Numbered from the stretch's first letter, positions 22,657 to 33,612 are shown. The stretch is DNA of 53,373 nucleotides from Clostridiales bacterium UBA1248 (GCA_002308615.1 DBWC01000015.1:1-53373), one strand, 5' to 3'. Notes: generated by a model not told the origin, from the letters alone. Program-made: numbers and translations.

Positions 22657-23862
22657 TTATATGAACTCGAAGCCATAAAGCTCTCCGTCGTCACAAAATC
22701 CGATGACCAGCTCGTATTGTCCGTCAAAGCGGCCGATCTCCGTGACGCCGCCGTCCGTTTTTGTATGACATACCGGTTTTCCTCCGGCGTATACGTTTAT
22801 GCGGCCGCCGCTGCCGTCGGCTCTGAAGCCTTTTGCGCCGTCAAGCGCAGCGTACCGGTAAACTGCGCGGTCGCCGTGTTTTGCCGAAACGAGACCGAGC
22901 CTGTCACCGCCTATTCTGACGTTTCCGTACAGACCGCACACGGTATTCGCTTTGATATACTCGCCCGTCCCGAATCCGCCGGAGGTCATTCCGACCTCGT
23001 CGATCGTGCAGTCGTCGGATATCTGTATCCTCTCCGCACAGACGTGACGGGAAAACTCAGAACCGTGCGTGGAACGGTGATAAAACACGTACCACTGACC
23101 GTTAAAGCGTGCTATGCTCCCGTGATCGTTCCACGTGCCGGGATCGCAGCCGTAATTGTCGATTATCACGCCGCGGTACACGAATCCGCTCTGCGGATGA
23201 TCCGATACGGCGTAACCGAGACACGTCGCCATGCCGCCGGGTCTAATATCTTTATGGCGGTGAGTGTCGGTATATACGAAAACGTATTTTCCGTTTATCT
23301 TTTTTACCGAACTGCCCTCGTGAAAATCGTGCTCCGCCACGGACAAGGGCTGTGTTATACTCGATTTATCTATGCTTATCATATCGGGATTGAGCTTTGC
23401 CGAGCGAACTTTGTCGAACTGCCCCCAGTAGATATACGCCTGCCCGTCATCGTCGATGAAAACGGCGGGATCTATGCCGTCTTCTCCGTTAAGATCGAGC
23501 CGGCAGACGTCTTTGAAGGGACCGTACGGCAGCTTTGATGATGCGACGCCGCATCTGCCGTCCGGTATGCAGTAGTAAAGATAATATACGCCGTCTTTAT
23601 ATGCGCAGTCAGGCGCGTACAGCGCCTTGTACGGGCAGTCAGCCGCCCAGCCGATATCGGCGAAGCTGAAAGAAACGCCGTGGTCGACCCATTTTATCAT
23701 ATCGTCTGACGAATAAACGTGGTATTCTCCGCTGCAGTATGTTTTTGCGCCGCGGATATCATACGAGCCGTACAGGTATATCCTTCCGTCGTCCCACACG
23801 TGCGCTTCAACGTCGGGAACGAATATGTTTTCATCAAGCAGAGGATTGCGTATAACTTCCAT
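22657..23862 (-). CDS. Glycoside hydrolase family 43
   Basis: The start was trimmed to ATG 23862 (MEVIRNPLLDENIFVPDVEAHVW), 13 nt after the upstream stop and preceded by GGAG. The 69 upstream codons of the track ORF are Arg/Ser-rich and overlap the previous gene. A five-bladed propeller-type sequence is present (DPAVFIDDDGQAYIYWG, HEGSSV). Confidence 0.8.
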   Translation of the reverse strand: MEVIRNPLLDENIFVPDVEAHVWDDGRIYLYGSYDIRGAKTYCSGEYHVYSSDDMIKWVDHGVSFSFADIGWAADCPYKALYAPDCAYKDGVYYLYYCIPDGRCGVASSKLPYGPFKDVCRLDLNGEDGIDPAVFIDDDGQAYIYWGQFDKVRSAKLNPDMISIDKSSITQPLSVAEHDFHEGSSVKKINGKYVFVYTDTHRHKDIRPGGMATCLGYAVSDHPQSGFVYRGVIIDNYGCDPGTWNDHGSIARFNGQWYVFYHRSTHGSEFSRHVCAERIQISDDCTIDEVGMTSGGFGTGEYIKANTVCGLYGNVRIGGDRLGLVSAKHGDRAVYRYAALDGAKGFRADGSGGRINVYAGGKPVCHTKTDGGVTEIGRFDGQYELVIGFCDDGELYGFEFI

Positions 23863-23875
23863 AGTTTTGCTCCGT

Positions 23876-25129
23876 TTACGGTCTGATTTTTGTAAATCTG
23901 AAATCTTCGAACCTCGCCGCCTCCTCAGCTTCAGATCTGAACACGAAACAGAGGTTGTGGCTGCCGTACGTGTTTTCAAGCTCGAGCCTGAAAGTTTCGA
24001 ATCTGTCAAAGCCGCCGGTCGATCCGACTTTGAGACAGCCGAGCACGGCGCCGAACGGACTGTTCTCACGTATTTCTATCGTGCAGGGCTCATCGTTCCC
24101 GTTAGACACGCGCAGCTCTATCGGCGCGTTGAAACGCATACGCTCTACGTTCTGATAATACAGATACGAGCCGTTTTTGATTCCGCGAAGCTCAAACCCT
24201 TCCGCGTTTTCTTTCTTATATATCCCGTCCGAGGCGGCGAAATACCATTCGCCCTTTATCACGTCCCAGTTCGCGTCGTAATGGCCCACGCCGTTTATTT
24301 TGATGAACTCGTCCGTCGCTATCATCCCGTTATCCTTATAATGCGCGTAAACGATCTTGGTGGTGCGGTAATAAGGGTCTACCTTCTCATCGCCCAGGTT
24401 CTCGGGTATGCCGTAGGTGAAATACGTTTGATTGTGATACGTAAAGAACGTGCCGTGATCTGTCGTATGATCATACATGAATTTTCCGTGGAACGTATAA
24501 GGGCCGTAAATGTTGTCCGACGTTGCAAGCCGCGCCTCGTGAGTGTTAAGATAATATACGCCGTTATGCTTCGTCAGCCAGCACGCGTCGCTGTCCCAGT
24601 TCGGCTCGAGCCCTACCGGTCTCGGCTCCTCCGCCAGCGATATCATATCTTCATTCAGGCGCGCGATATAGTATTTTTTACCGATACACGTGAAGCCGAA
24701 CATTATGTAAGGCGTTTTGTTCTCATCGTCGTCGATGAATACGGTCGGATCGTAGCACGCGGTATCGACCATGCCTTTCGGTATGAGCGGCTTTCCGAGC
24801 GCGTCCTTATACGGTCCGCCAGGTCCGTTCTCACTCACCGCAACGCCGATAAGATACTGCTGATACGAAAAATACATATAGTATTTCCCGTTTCTCTCCG
24901 CCGCGTCGGTCGCGTAGCACTCCTCACATTTGCCTAAAAACGTGTCCTCGGGGCGAAGCGTATATTCGAGTTTCCAGTTGAGCAGATCGTCTGAGGAAAA
25001 GATCCTCCAGTCGTCCATTCTGAAAATCGGCTGCCCCGGTCCTCTGTCGTGCGTGGTGAACATATACGCGCGCCCGTTGAATATATGCACGTGCGGATCG
25101 CACACGCCCTTGTTATGGATTATCCTCAT
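23876..25129 (-). CDS. Glycoside hydrolase family 43 with a C-terminal CBM6-like beta-sandwich
   Basis: 417 aa. GH43-like segments are GVCDPHVHIFNGRAYMF and YDPTVFIDDDE, followed by a C-terminal carbohydrate-binding-like domain. Confidence 0.75.
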   Translation of the reverse strand: MRIIHNKGVCDPHVHIFNGRAYMFTTHDRGPGQPIFRMDDWRIFSSDDLLNWKLEYTLRPEDTFLGKCEECYATDAAERNGKYYMYFSYQQYLIGVAVSENGPGGPYKDALGKPLIPKGMVDTACYDPTVFIDDDENKTPYIMFGFTCIGKKYYIARLNEDMISLAEEPRPVGLEPNWDSDACWLTKHNGVYYLNTHEARLATSDNIYGPYTFHGKFMYDHTTDHGTFFTYHNQTYFTYGIPENLGDEKVDPYYRTTKIVYAHYKDNGMIATDEFIKINGVGHYDANWDVIKGEWYFAASDGIYKKENAEGFELRGIKNGSYLYYQNVERMRFNAPIELRVSNGNDEPCTIEIRENSPFGAVLGCLKVGSTGGFDRFETFRLELENTYGSHNLCFVFRSEAEEAARFEDFRFTKIRP

Positions 25130-25130
25130 A

Positions 25131-26534
25131 TCATATCTCCCTTAGCAGCGGATAAAGCTTTCTGTAAGTCTCAAACCCTTTATTATATTTTTCGTGTATG
25201 TCTTTATCGGGTACCGCGGCGAGACGCTTTCTGACGGTCGCTTCGGCGCACGATATAAGATCGGGATATTCGCCGCAGCCGACCATCGCGAGCATCGCCG
25301 CGCCGAACTGCTCGGTCTCCGTAACGTAAATCTCTACGCCGAGCACGTTTGACACGACGTTTTGCCACAGCGGACTTTTCGCGCCGCCGCCGCACAAAAC
25401 GGCCGACTCAACGCTGACGCCGCCCGCTTCTATGCAATCGCGAAGGGCGTAGGCGACGCCCTCGTAAACGGCCAGACACATATCCTCGCGGCTCGTCTCC
25501 GCCGACAGTCCGACGAACGCGCCGCGTGCGTTGACGTCGTTATGCGGACAGCGCTCGCCCGTAAGGTACGGCAAGAAATATACGCCGGTGTCCGCCGCTT
25601 TTTCAAGCGTGAATCCGTCGTAATCCGTCTTCAGGATCCGTTTGGTCCACCAGTCGTCACAGCTTGCGGCGGACAGGATACAGCCCATCAGATGATATTT
25701 TCCGTTGCTATGGCAGAAATTATGTAAAACCTTGCCCGCGCCGGGTTTATATTCGTCGCACGGCAGGAATACGGTGCCGCTCGTGCCGAGGGAGATACTG
25801 CAGTCGCCGTCTTTAAGCGTTCCCGTACCGACGGCGGAGGCGGCGTTGTCTCCCGCGCCCGCGCACATAACGGCGTTTTTAAGCCCGAATTCCGTCTTTA
25901 ATTTGCCCGTTATCTCATAGCTTTCGTACAGTTTCGGGAGCATATCGACGGTCATACCGCAAATCCCGCACATTTTCTCCGACCATTTTTTATGCTCCGC
26001 GTCGAGCAGGAGCATTCCCGCCGCGTCGGAGTAGTCTGTCGAGAAAACACCGGTGAGCATATAAGCGAGATAGTCCTTCGGAAGACAGATCTTTGTGCAT
26101 TTTGCAAAGTTTTCCGGCTCGTTTTCTTTCACCCAAAGAATTTTCGGCGCGGTAAAGCCCGGGAACGCCGTGTTGCCCGTTTCCTCAAACGTTTCTGAAA
26201 TGACGTTTAAATAATTCGTCTGCTTTTCGCTTCTGCCGTCGTTCCAGAGGATCGCGGGGCGTATCACTCTGTCGTTTTCGTCGAGCATTACGAGCCCGTG
26301 CATCTGCCCGGCAATGCTGACGCCTTTTATATCGTCCTCAATGCCTTTTGACAAGGCCTCCAATATTTCGACCGCCGCGTTATACCAGTCCGCCGGGTCC
26401 TGCTCGCTGTAATTCGGCGCGGGATTGCCTACTCCGTATTTTACGCTGTGGCTGCCGTAAACTTTTCCGAATTTATCAACCACCGAGCCCTTGCACGAGC
26501 TCGTCCCGAGGTCGATGCCTATATAATAATTCAT
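25131..26534 (-). CDS. xylB: Xylulokinase (FGGY family)
   Basis: 467 aa. The N-terminus YIGIDLGTSSCKG and the motif SEQDPADWY are present. It lies in an operon with xylA and is 1 nt from each neighbour. Confidence 0.8.
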   Translation of the reverse strand: MNYYIGIDLGTSSCKGSVVDKFGKVYGSHSVKYGVGNPAPNYSEQDPADWYNAAVEILEALSKGIEDDIKGVSIAGQMHGLVMLDENDRVIRPAILWNDGRSEKQTNYLNVISETFEETGNTAFPGFTAPKILWVKENEPENFAKCTKICLPKDYLAYMLTGVFSTDYSDAAGMLLLDAEHKKWSEKMCGICGMTVDMLPKLYESYEITGKLKTEFGLKNAVMCAGAGDNAASAVGTGTLKDGDCSISLGTSGTVFLPCDEYKPGAGKVLHNFCHSNGKYHLMGCILSAASCDDWWTKRILKTDYDGFTLEKAADTGVYFLPYLTGERCPHNDVNARGAFVGLSAETSREDMCLAVYEGVAYALRDCIEAGGVSVESAVLCGGGAKSPLWQNVVSNVLGVEIYVTETEQFGAAMLAMVGCGEYPDLISCAEATVRKRLAAVPDKDIHEKYNKGFETYRKLYPLLREI

Positions 26535-26535
26535 T

Positions 26536-28299
26536 TTATACCCCCTTGATCTTTTTCAAATTCATAAATATAACGCTGTTGCCGTATATCGTTTTTTCGT
26601 CTTTTATCAAATCGTATTCATCGCTGTTAAAGCTGAAATCACGTACGGCTATCTGATAACTTGACGTTATCTCGTAGCCTTGTACCGATATTTCACACGG
26701 AGCCTCGTCTCTGTTTATCACAGACATATATAACTCGCCTTCGTGTTCGGTACATAAAACGTCAAGCGCAGCATCGGCAGTACACGCGCAAACGTTTCCG
26801 TTTTTATGGTTTTGCATCAGCTTAAACAGTACTCCCGACGAATCCGTTTTGCAATCCGCGCCGTTAACCGTTATCATACCCTCGTTTATCGGCATAAAGA
26901 ATCTTGCCTCACGAATGTGATATTTTTCCGCGTTGTGTGCAAAAAAGTGCATTTGATATGCATTTGACAGTAAAAGCGCGTTGTTCGAGCCGCTCCCCCA
27001 ACAGAAATTCCATTCGTCGACGCAGATCTTGACTTTGTCCCAAACGGCAGAAAACAGCTCGTTTTTATAAAATTCAAGTCCCTCGTCCGTATCGTGTAGA
27101 TACGTATGCTTCAAACGTTCGCACGCAGCCGCACCGTCAGACTCCGCCGTCGGTCCCGTGCCGTAATACCAGTGGTAAGAAACGTACCCGTACGGGCAGT
27201 CAAGGCGCTCCATAAACGCTTTGCTCCAAGGCTGTAAATGTTTATCCGAAACAAGTCCGATCACAGCTTTTATATCCGGGTCAACCGTCATCATCGACTT
27301 TACTATTTCATTCGTTCGCTCCGCCGCCAAACCTCCGTCAAACCTGTAAGGACCGCCGAAATAGTATGATTCGTTTCCTATATACCATACTTTTATATCA
27401 AACGGAGCAAATCCAAGCGCCTCGCGTATCGCGCCGTATTCGGTATCGGCCCCGCCGTTACAGTATTCTATAAGGCAGCGTGCGTCCTCACCGTCTGACT
27501 GCAGATGGCTTACCGTGTATTCGGGCTCCGCGCCTATCTCACGGCAAAGCATTATGAATTCGTTTAACCCGATCTCAACGCAATCCTGATGATACGTATC
27601 GCGCAGCATAAAGGCTTTGCTTCTGCCGTCCACGGGCTTGCGGAACTGCGGCGCTTTGAGACTTTCCCTCCACTCAAAATGGTCAGCGTAGCAGCCGCCG
27701 GGAAAACGGACGGCAGCAGGCGAAAGCTCGCGAAGAGCCTCGATCACATCGCGCCGCATACCGTAAAAATAGTCCGTCGGAAGTAACGACGCCTCAAATA
27801 CCGCCGCCTCGCCGAAAACGTTTATATAAAACGTTTCGTTATCTGCGTCCTCTCCGTCAAACGTGAAAGACAGTTCTTTATATTTGAAATCGTCTGAGAC
27901 TAATTCAAACGTCTTTTCGTGCGACGAGACGCCGAGCGTGACAGTTACCTCGGCGGAGAGCGCTTTTACCCACGCTTTTGCCTCGTATTGCTTACCCTTG
28001 CGCAGAGCGATCAACTCGGACTTTTGCCGCATCGTGCCGTCATTTAAAATAACGTAATTACTGTCGCACAGGCTGTCCCGCGGGTGATCCGTTACACGTA
28101 TTGCGCCGTTACAGTCCCATCCGTCAACGGAATCCTCGCCCGCGTACAGTTTTCTGTTATTTAACATCTGCGCGCAGATACCGCCGTAAAAGCCCTTGCG
28201 CGTGACCTCCGTATTTATCCCGAAAAGTCCGTTCTCAAAACTGAATTTCGGACCGTTTAAATCGGGTATAATACGTTTTATTGCTGTCGCTTTTTGCAT
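26536..28299 (-). CDS. GH51-like alpha-L-arabinofuranosidase (clan GH-A) with an N-terminal CBM-like domain
   Basis: 587 aa. Segments are RFPGGCYADHFEW, the acid/base region WYIGNESYY and the nucleophile region CVDEWNF. Confidence 0.6.
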   Translation of the reverse strand: MQKATAIKRIIPDLNGPKFSFENGLFGINTEVTRKGFYGGICAQMLNNRKLYAGEDSVDGWDCNGAIRVTDHPRDSLCDSNYVILNDGTMRQKSELIALRKGKQYEAKAWVKALSAEVTVTLGVSSHEKTFELVSDDFKYKELSFTFDGEDADNETFYINVFGEAAVFEASLLPTDYFYGMRRDVIEALRELSPAAVRFPGGCYADHFEWRESLKAPQFRKPVDGRSKAFMLRDTYHQDCVEIGLNEFIMLCREIGAEPEYTVSHLQSDGEDARCLIEYCNGGADTEYGAIREALGFAPFDIKVWYIGNESYYFGGPYRFDGGLAAERTNEIVKSMMTVDPDIKAVIGLVSDKHLQPWSKAFMERLDCPYGYVSYHWYYGTGPTAESDGAAACERLKHTYLHDTDEGLEFYKNELFSAVWDKVKICVDEWNFCWGSGSNNALLLSNAYQMHFFAHNAEKYHIREARFFMPINEGMITVNGADCKTDSSGVLFKLMQNHKNGNVCACTADAALDVLCTEHEGELYMSVINRDEAPCEISVQGYEITSSYQIAVRDFSFNSDEYDLIKDEKTIYGNSVIFMNLKKIKGV

Positions 28300-28332
28300 A
28301 TCGTCTCCTTATGCTGTTTTACACCGTCTTTA

Positions 28333-31239
28333 TCATTTATAGAAGCGTATCGACATAATTGCAATGAACGTGCCGGCGGGATTGTGTACCGAAACCCATA
28401 CGTCGCCGTTATAATCAACGTCGGTTAAGTCCACGACCGCAACTCTTGCGCCCGCGGCCCACGAACGCTCAACGAAAACCATATCCGTATGCGCTATATC
28501 GCCGTCAAATATATCTTTTTTATCATAACCGTACGTTTGGTTGTCGCTCTTGAGGCCTATTGCAAGAGAGGACGCTTGTTCAAACCGGTCGCGCGTTATA
28601 TCGCTGCCGTCGCAGCAGTATTCTATCTGCACTCTGGAATACTGCGAGAGGTCTACACTGCCGAGATATGCGCTGAAACCGTATTCAAGATACATAAACG
28701 GCTCGTATATCCCTTGCGGGTGACTTTCTTTTACGTATCCTTTCTGATCGCTCATTTTGGAAATATCGACCGTCCACGCGGGCAGCTCCGTCAAGCCTTC
28801 GTCGGGCGTGATATAATAGAATTCATGATCGCCGCCGAGGCTCAAAACCGGCTTTTCGCCCTTACATTCCGCGTATTCGACGCGAATTTTGTGATAGCCT
28901 TTTTCAAGGATAATGCCGCCTTTTACCGTCTTTGTCTTGTCTGTCGATTTCGGATCGTACGAGCCGTCGGCGATAAGTCTTCCGTCGATAAACAGCTTTA
29001 CGCCGCCGCTATACGTTATTTCAAAATCATATTTTTTGATCTCGCCGGCGTTGAAATAACCTTCATACACCGCGCCGGTATTGCCGCCATCGGGCAGCGC
29101 GTCTGCTGATATTTTGTCCGTTTCCGTATAACCCGAAAACAGCGCGTCAATAAGTCTGAAATCGGGCTGAGCCGGGTAATTTTCGGGCAAAGGATAAAGC
29201 GACAAAAGCAGTCCGCTTTTCACCTCGTCAGTAAGTTCGATACCGCGCATACCGCAGATACCGTTTTCACGCTTTTGCAATATATTCTCGCCCTCGCCGG
29301 TATACGCAATTTCAAGCCGTGCGGCATAATCGTTGCGGCGTTCCGGCGCGCTGTCCCCCGTGGTGAACCACGCTTCAAGGTCATAAATATCGATGACGTT
29401 GTCAAGCCAGTGGAAATTGATGTTGACCGCCTCGCCCGTAAGTCCGAGGAGAGAGCGCGGCACCGTTATCATCATTCTGTCACCCTTTGCAGCGTATGAA
29501 ACGGAGCCCGTCTCCCGCCATACGCCGTCCTTATATGCGCAGAGCGTTGTAACGGTATCGGATATTACATCATAGTTTATCAGGTAATCGTAGCCCTCCC
29601 AGCCTGTCGATTTATTATTATCCGCGTCAATAAACAAAAGCATCCAGTTCGGTGAATCTTTATACGGCGTTATATCTGCGGTGGCGCGGACGTAAAAATA
29701 TACGTTTGATTTATCCGCCGTTATACGCGCCTCGACTATGTCGTTTCTTCCCGTGTCGTTTACGTATTGTATTTTGCCCGTCGTATCGGGATGGTCGCGG
29801 CGCGACGTATCGCCTTCAAAATCGGTATATACGGGGTAAATATTCTCCCATTTTTCAAAAACGTCCCCGTCCGTTTCATTCATCGTATGAGCGCCCGACG
29901 CGCCATCTGCGGGCAACACGCCCTTGAAACGGCGGATTATCGAGCACATTTGATAGAAATAATTATCAGTAAATCCGCCCTTCATCGGCTCGATATCGCG
30001 GGAAAACTCCGGGTTGAACTGGTCGACGAAGCCGGTGTCAGTATATTGTTCCACCGTGAAATTCTGCGCGACCCACTCATTCCAACGCGAGATAAGAAGC
30101 ACCTGACACTCGGGGTTTTCCTTAATCAGCTGCTTATAAGCGTTTTCAAACACCGTGCCCTTTCCCATCGTATCCGTTTCAAGAAACGAGTTAAGATAAT
30201 TTTTCGCCGATTTTGAGCCGCTTCTGCCGGCGCCGTAATTGGCGAAGCCCGCGCAGCCTATGCCTGTACATTCCGCCGTTTTCTCGTTTTCAACCCAGCC
30301 GTAGCCGTAGCCGAAATTGACTAAACGGTTGTCCTCCCAGTACATCTCGCTGTACTTATCGGGACTTACCCAAGCTTTGCGGAACGTCAGCTTGTCTTTA
30401 TAGGATCCGTCGTCAAGTATCGGGAAAGTACCGTCGTCCGTCGGTTTTATCATCGCGAGCGGCTTGCCCTCCCAGTAAAACCAGAGATCGGCGTATTTTT
30501 CATCCGTCATAAACGTTTTATAGAATTTTCCAGTGTCGCCGTTGCCTTCAATAGACGTGCCGAAGCACCACGGCACGACGTACGGCGTCATCTGCCCCTC
30601 GGCTCGAAGCTGTAAGCAGGTGTCTAAAAACACCTTCATCGCGTTTTCATACAGATAGCCGTTCGTCATGTCAAAATACAGAAAATCAACGCCCACCATA
30701 GCGAAATAATACATATCGCGTCTTATCTGCCACACGTCGTCGGCGCGGTGATAGCCGGTCTCCGGCTCCGACCACCAGCAAAAGCTCCAGCGCGGACCGA
30801 AATCCGGCTTGTACGGGTTAACCGCGAGCGATTTTGCGTTGTCGTTGTCGCAGGTCGAGCCGACCGTCCAAAGCGAATAAAACAACCCGACGTACTTGCC
30901 CGCCTTCGGCAGCCCCGCCTCCTCAGACGTCGGCAGAGCGCGCCCGAGCGCGTCAGTCGCGACCTCATTATAGTTTGTTATAATTATCTGCGGCGACGCG
31001 CCTTTCTCGGTCAAAATCTGCCCCTCGGGCGACGCGGGCGTGAACGTCAGAAACTCACGGCTCAGCGTCGGCGGAGTTTCCGGTTCGTTGTTTTCTTCTT
31101 CCGTTTCGCTCTGTACCGCTTTCGTTGTGTCATTATTCATTGTTGTTTCCTCATTTGTTTCGTTGCTGCATGATACCGAGATAAGCATAAGAGCTCCAAG
31201 TAAACATATAAATAATTGTCTGAAAATACATTTACTCAT
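28333..31239 (-). CDS. Large secreted probable lipoprotein with an unassigned GH-like TIM-barrel module, a beta-sandwich, a PA14-like domain and a C-terminal domain
   Basis: 968 aa with a signal and Cys (LISVSCSNE). It shares a roughly 450-aa module with 41324..44005. Shared motifs are KYVGLFY, WSEPETGYH, VGVDFLYFD, SRWNEW, DQFNPEFSRDIEPM, YVNDTGRND and TGWEGYDY. A PA14-like stretch is GYFNAGEIKKYDFEITYSGGVKLFIDG...GYHKIRVEY. Confidence 0.6.
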   Translation of the reverse strand: MSKCIFRQLFICLLGALMLISVSCSNETNEETTMNNDTTKAVQSETEEENNEPETPPTLSREFLTFTPASPEGQILTEKGASPQIIITNYNEVATDALGRALPTSEEAGLPKAGKYVGLFYSLWTVGSTCDNDNAKSLAVNPYKPDFGPRWSFCWWSEPETGYHRADDVWQIRRDMYYFAMVGVDFLYFDMTNGYLYENAMKVFLDTCLQLRAEGQMTPYVVPWCFGTSIEGNGDTGKFYKTFMTDEKYADLWFYWEGKPLAMIKPTDDGTFPILDDGSYKDKLTFRKAWVSPDKYSEMYWEDNRLVNFGYGYGWVENEKTAECTGIGCAGFANYGAGRSGSKSAKNYLNSFLETDTMGKGTVFENAYKQLIKENPECQVLLISRWNEWVAQNFTVEQYTDTGFVDQFNPEFSRDIEPMKGGFTDNYFYQMCSIIRRFKGVLPADGASGAHTMNETDGDVFEKWENIYPVYTDFEGDTSRRDHPDTTGKIQYVNDTGRNDIVEARITADKSNVYFYVRATADITPYKDSPNWMLLFIDADNNKSTGWEGYDYLINYDVISDTVTTLCAYKDGVWRETGSVSYAAKGDRMMITVPRSLLGLTGEAVNINFHWLDNVIDIYDLEAWFTTGDSAPERRNDYAARLEIAYTGEGENILQKRENGICGMRGIELTDEVKSGLLLSLYPLPENYPAQPDFRLIDALFSGYTETDKISADALPDGGNTGAVYEGYFNAGEIKKYDFEITYSGGVKLFIDGRLIADGSYDPKSTDKTKTVKGGIILEKGYHKIRVEYAECKGEKPVLSLGGDHEFYYITPDEGLTELPAWTVDISKMSDQKGYVKESHPQGIYEPFMYLEYGFSAYLGSVDLSQYSRVQIEYCCDGSDITRDRFEQASSLAIGLKSDNQTYGYDKKDIFDGDIAHTDMVFVERSWAAGARVAVVDLTDVDYNGDVWVSVHNPAGTFIAIMSIRFYK

Positions 31240-31259
31240 AGTTTTTACCTCGTTTAAGT

Positions 31260-32561
31260 TTATGAAAAGAGTATATCATTCATAACGGCTTCAAGGTATT
31301 CCTGTCTGCCGCTTTGCACCTTTATATCTTTCAGATCGGCGGCGTAGGTGGCGAGGGATTCGAGGGTTTCTTTGCCGTCGACTATGCGTTTGCCTATACC
31401 GCTTTTGTATGAAGCGTAACGTTCCTTGATGAACGCGTCAATCCTGCCGTCGTCTATGATCTGATACGCCTTGATAAGCCCGAGCGCGAACGCGTCCATG
31501 CCCGCTATATAAGATAAAACGGTATCTTCAAGAGTGTTCGACTGGCGTCTTGCCTTTGCGTCGAAGTTGAGGCCGCCGTTTGTGAAACCGCCGGCTTTAA
31601 TGACCTCGTACATGGCGAGCGTCGTATCGTATACGTTTGTCGGGAACTGATCCGTATCCCAGCCTAAAAGCATGTCGCCCTGATTGGCGTCTATGCTTCC
31701 GAACATGCCGTTGACCGCTGCGACGCGCAGCTCGTGCTGGAACGTGTGGCCGGCGAGCGTGGCGTGGTTAGCCTCTATATTGAGTTTGAAATCAGCTTCA
31801 AGCCCGTTCGCTCGCAGGAAATTCGCGCACGTCGCCGCGTCGAAATCGTACTGGTGCTTCGTCGGCTCCTTCGGTTTCGGTTCAATATAGAAATCACCGT
31901 CAAAGCCGTGTGATCTTCCGTAATCGCGCGCCATGCGCATGAATCTGCCGAGGTTTTCAAGCTCCAGCGCCATATCGGTGTTGAGCAGCGTGTCGTAGCC
32001 CTCGCGTCCGCCCCAGAAAACGTAGCCCTTTGCGCCGAGCTTTACCGCGGCGTCGATACCCGCCTTGACCTTACCGGCGGCGATCGCGAAAACGTCCGCG
32101 TCCGGACTTGTAGCCGCGCCCGCCATGAACTTTTTGTCACCGAACATATTGGCGGTGACCCACAGCGGTTTTATGCCCGTCTCTTTCTGCTTCTGCAGCA
32201 GATATTCTGTCATTATCTCAAGGTTTTTCACACTCTCGCCGAGCGTCTTTCCCTCAGGCGCAACGTCGACGTCGTGGAAGCAATAATAGTCGATACCGAG
32301 TTTTTTCATGAACCCGAACGCGAAATCGGCTTTGGCTTTATACATATCCATTCCGGACAGACCGAAGGTCTTATCCATAGTGTCGCCGCCGAACATATCC
32401 GTGCCCGAAGCATTGACGGTATGCCACCAGCTCATGGCGAATCTGAGCTGTTCTCCCATGGTCTTTTCGCCTACGACTTTATTCTTGTCGTAAAATCTGA
32501 AACTGAAGGGATCCTTTGATTGACTGCCCTTGAAACTTATTTTTTCGATCTGATCGTACAT
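31260..32561 (-). CDS. xylA: Xylose isomerase
   Basis: 433 aa. Typical class-II XylA sequence is present ([38 protein letters not shown]). Confidence 0.9.
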   Translation of the reverse strand: MYDQIEKISFKGSQSKDPFSFRFYDKNKVVGEKTMGEQLRFAMSWWHTVNASGTDMFGGDTMDKTFGLSGMDMYKAKADFAFGFMKKLGIDYYCFHDVDVAPEGKTLGESVKNLEIMTEYLLQKQKETGIKPLWVTANMFGDKKFMAGAATSPDADVFAIAAGKVKAGIDAAVKLGAKGYVFWGGREGYDTLLNTDMALELENLGRFMRMARDYGRSHGFDGDFYIEPKPKEPTKHQYDFDAATCANFLRANGLEADFKLNIEANHATLAGHTFQHELRVAAVNGMFGSIDANQGDMLLGWDTDQFPTNVYDTTLAMYEVIKAGGFTNGGLNFDAKARRQSNTLEDTVLSYIAGMDAFALGLIKAYQIIDDGRIDAFIKERYASYKSGIGKRIVDGKETLESLATYAADLKDIKVQSGRQEYLEAVMNDILFS

Positions 32562-32714
32562 AACGGCACCTCTTTCTTTATTACTGATATCATTATAATA
32601 CGGCGTGCGTTTTCAAGCAAGCACGAATTTGCGTTTTATTAGTCATTTTTTGTCTTTTTCGTTCAAAAACCGCATCATTATACAAAAATTATGTCATAAA
32701 TTTATAATTCTCCG

Positions 32715-32743
32715 TTGACACGGATCACCCGGCGATGTATAAT
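32715..32743 (+). promoter_or_regulatory. Consensus sigma-A promoter for the second AraC regulator
   Basis: TTGACA at 32715-32720, a 17-nt spacer, then TATAAT at 32738-32743. The track start codon at 32735 lies inside this promoter. Confidence 0.6.
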
Positions 32744-32761
32744 ACTCTCCGGAGGGTTGGG

Positions 32762-33565
32762 ATGAAAAACGTATTCTATGAAACAGGTCACGGGATCGGC
32801 GCCGATCAGTTCATGATCGAACGCAACACCGATTATTCGTATCCGCTGCACCTGCACCGATGCTTTGAGATAATATATCTGCACGAGGGAGAGATGAACG
32901 TCACCCTCGACGATGACGTTTTCACGCTTCATTGCGGCGAGATGATAATCATCAAACCGCATCAGATACACGGGCTGCACACGCCCGTACACAGCCGTCA
33001 CACGCTTTGTATCTTTTCTCCCGAGCTGATAGGCGGCGCGGCGGAGCTTTTCAATTCAAAAGAGATAGATCCTCCGGTCGCAGCAGACACGGACGGTTTT
33101 TTCGGCCGCATTTTTTCCGAGGCGTCCGAGAACGACACGATATACAGGATAAAGGGGTTTCTTTATTATCTTTGCGACGCGTTCGCCGAAAACGTGAAGG
33201 ACGGCAATGAAGCGGCAAAGACTGACAAGGATCTTCACATCCTGCACTGCATCCTGACATATATCGAAGAAAACTACGCCGGCGAATGCTCTCTCGGATC
33301 GATCGCGCGGAGACTGAATTACAGCTATACATATCTTTCACGTATATTCTCCGACAGCGTCGGCATAGCGTTCTGCCCGTATGTTACCCAGCTGCGCGTC
33401 AGCAAAGCGTGTTCGATGCTGCAGAACGGCGGCGCGAACATAATGAGCATATCGTACGGCTGCGGCTTCCCGTCGATCCGCAGCTTCAACCGCAGTTTTG
33501 CGCGATATACCGGCAAAACTCCGTCCGCATATAAGAAAGAGTACGAAAAAGCGAAAAACGGCTGA
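32762..33565 (+). CDS. AraC-family transcriptional regulator (cupin + HTH), paralog of 18279..19043
   Basis: The start was set to ATG 32762 (MKNVFYE), 6 nt after GGAGG at 32751-32755. It shares VFYE, HLH..FEII, PHQIH.L and IFSP.L with the other AraC. It is divergent from xylA. Confidence 0.8.
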   Translation: MKNVFYETGHGIGADQFMIERNTDYSYPLHLHRCFEIIYLHEGEMNVTLDDDVFTLHCGEMIIIKPHQIHGLHTPVHSRHTLCIFSPELIGGAAELFNSKEIDPPVAADTDGFFGRIFSEASENDTIYRIKGFLYYLCDAFAENVKDGNEAAKTDKDLHILHCILTYIEENYAGECSLGSIARRLNYSYTYLSRIFSDSVGIAFCPYVTQLRVSKACSMLQNGGANIMSISYGCGFPSIRSFNRSFARYTGKTPSAYKKEYEKAKNG

Positions 33566-33612
33566 CGTGTTCAAAACGATGAGAAAAGGGGCTGTAAAAA
33601 AATAGCCTAATA

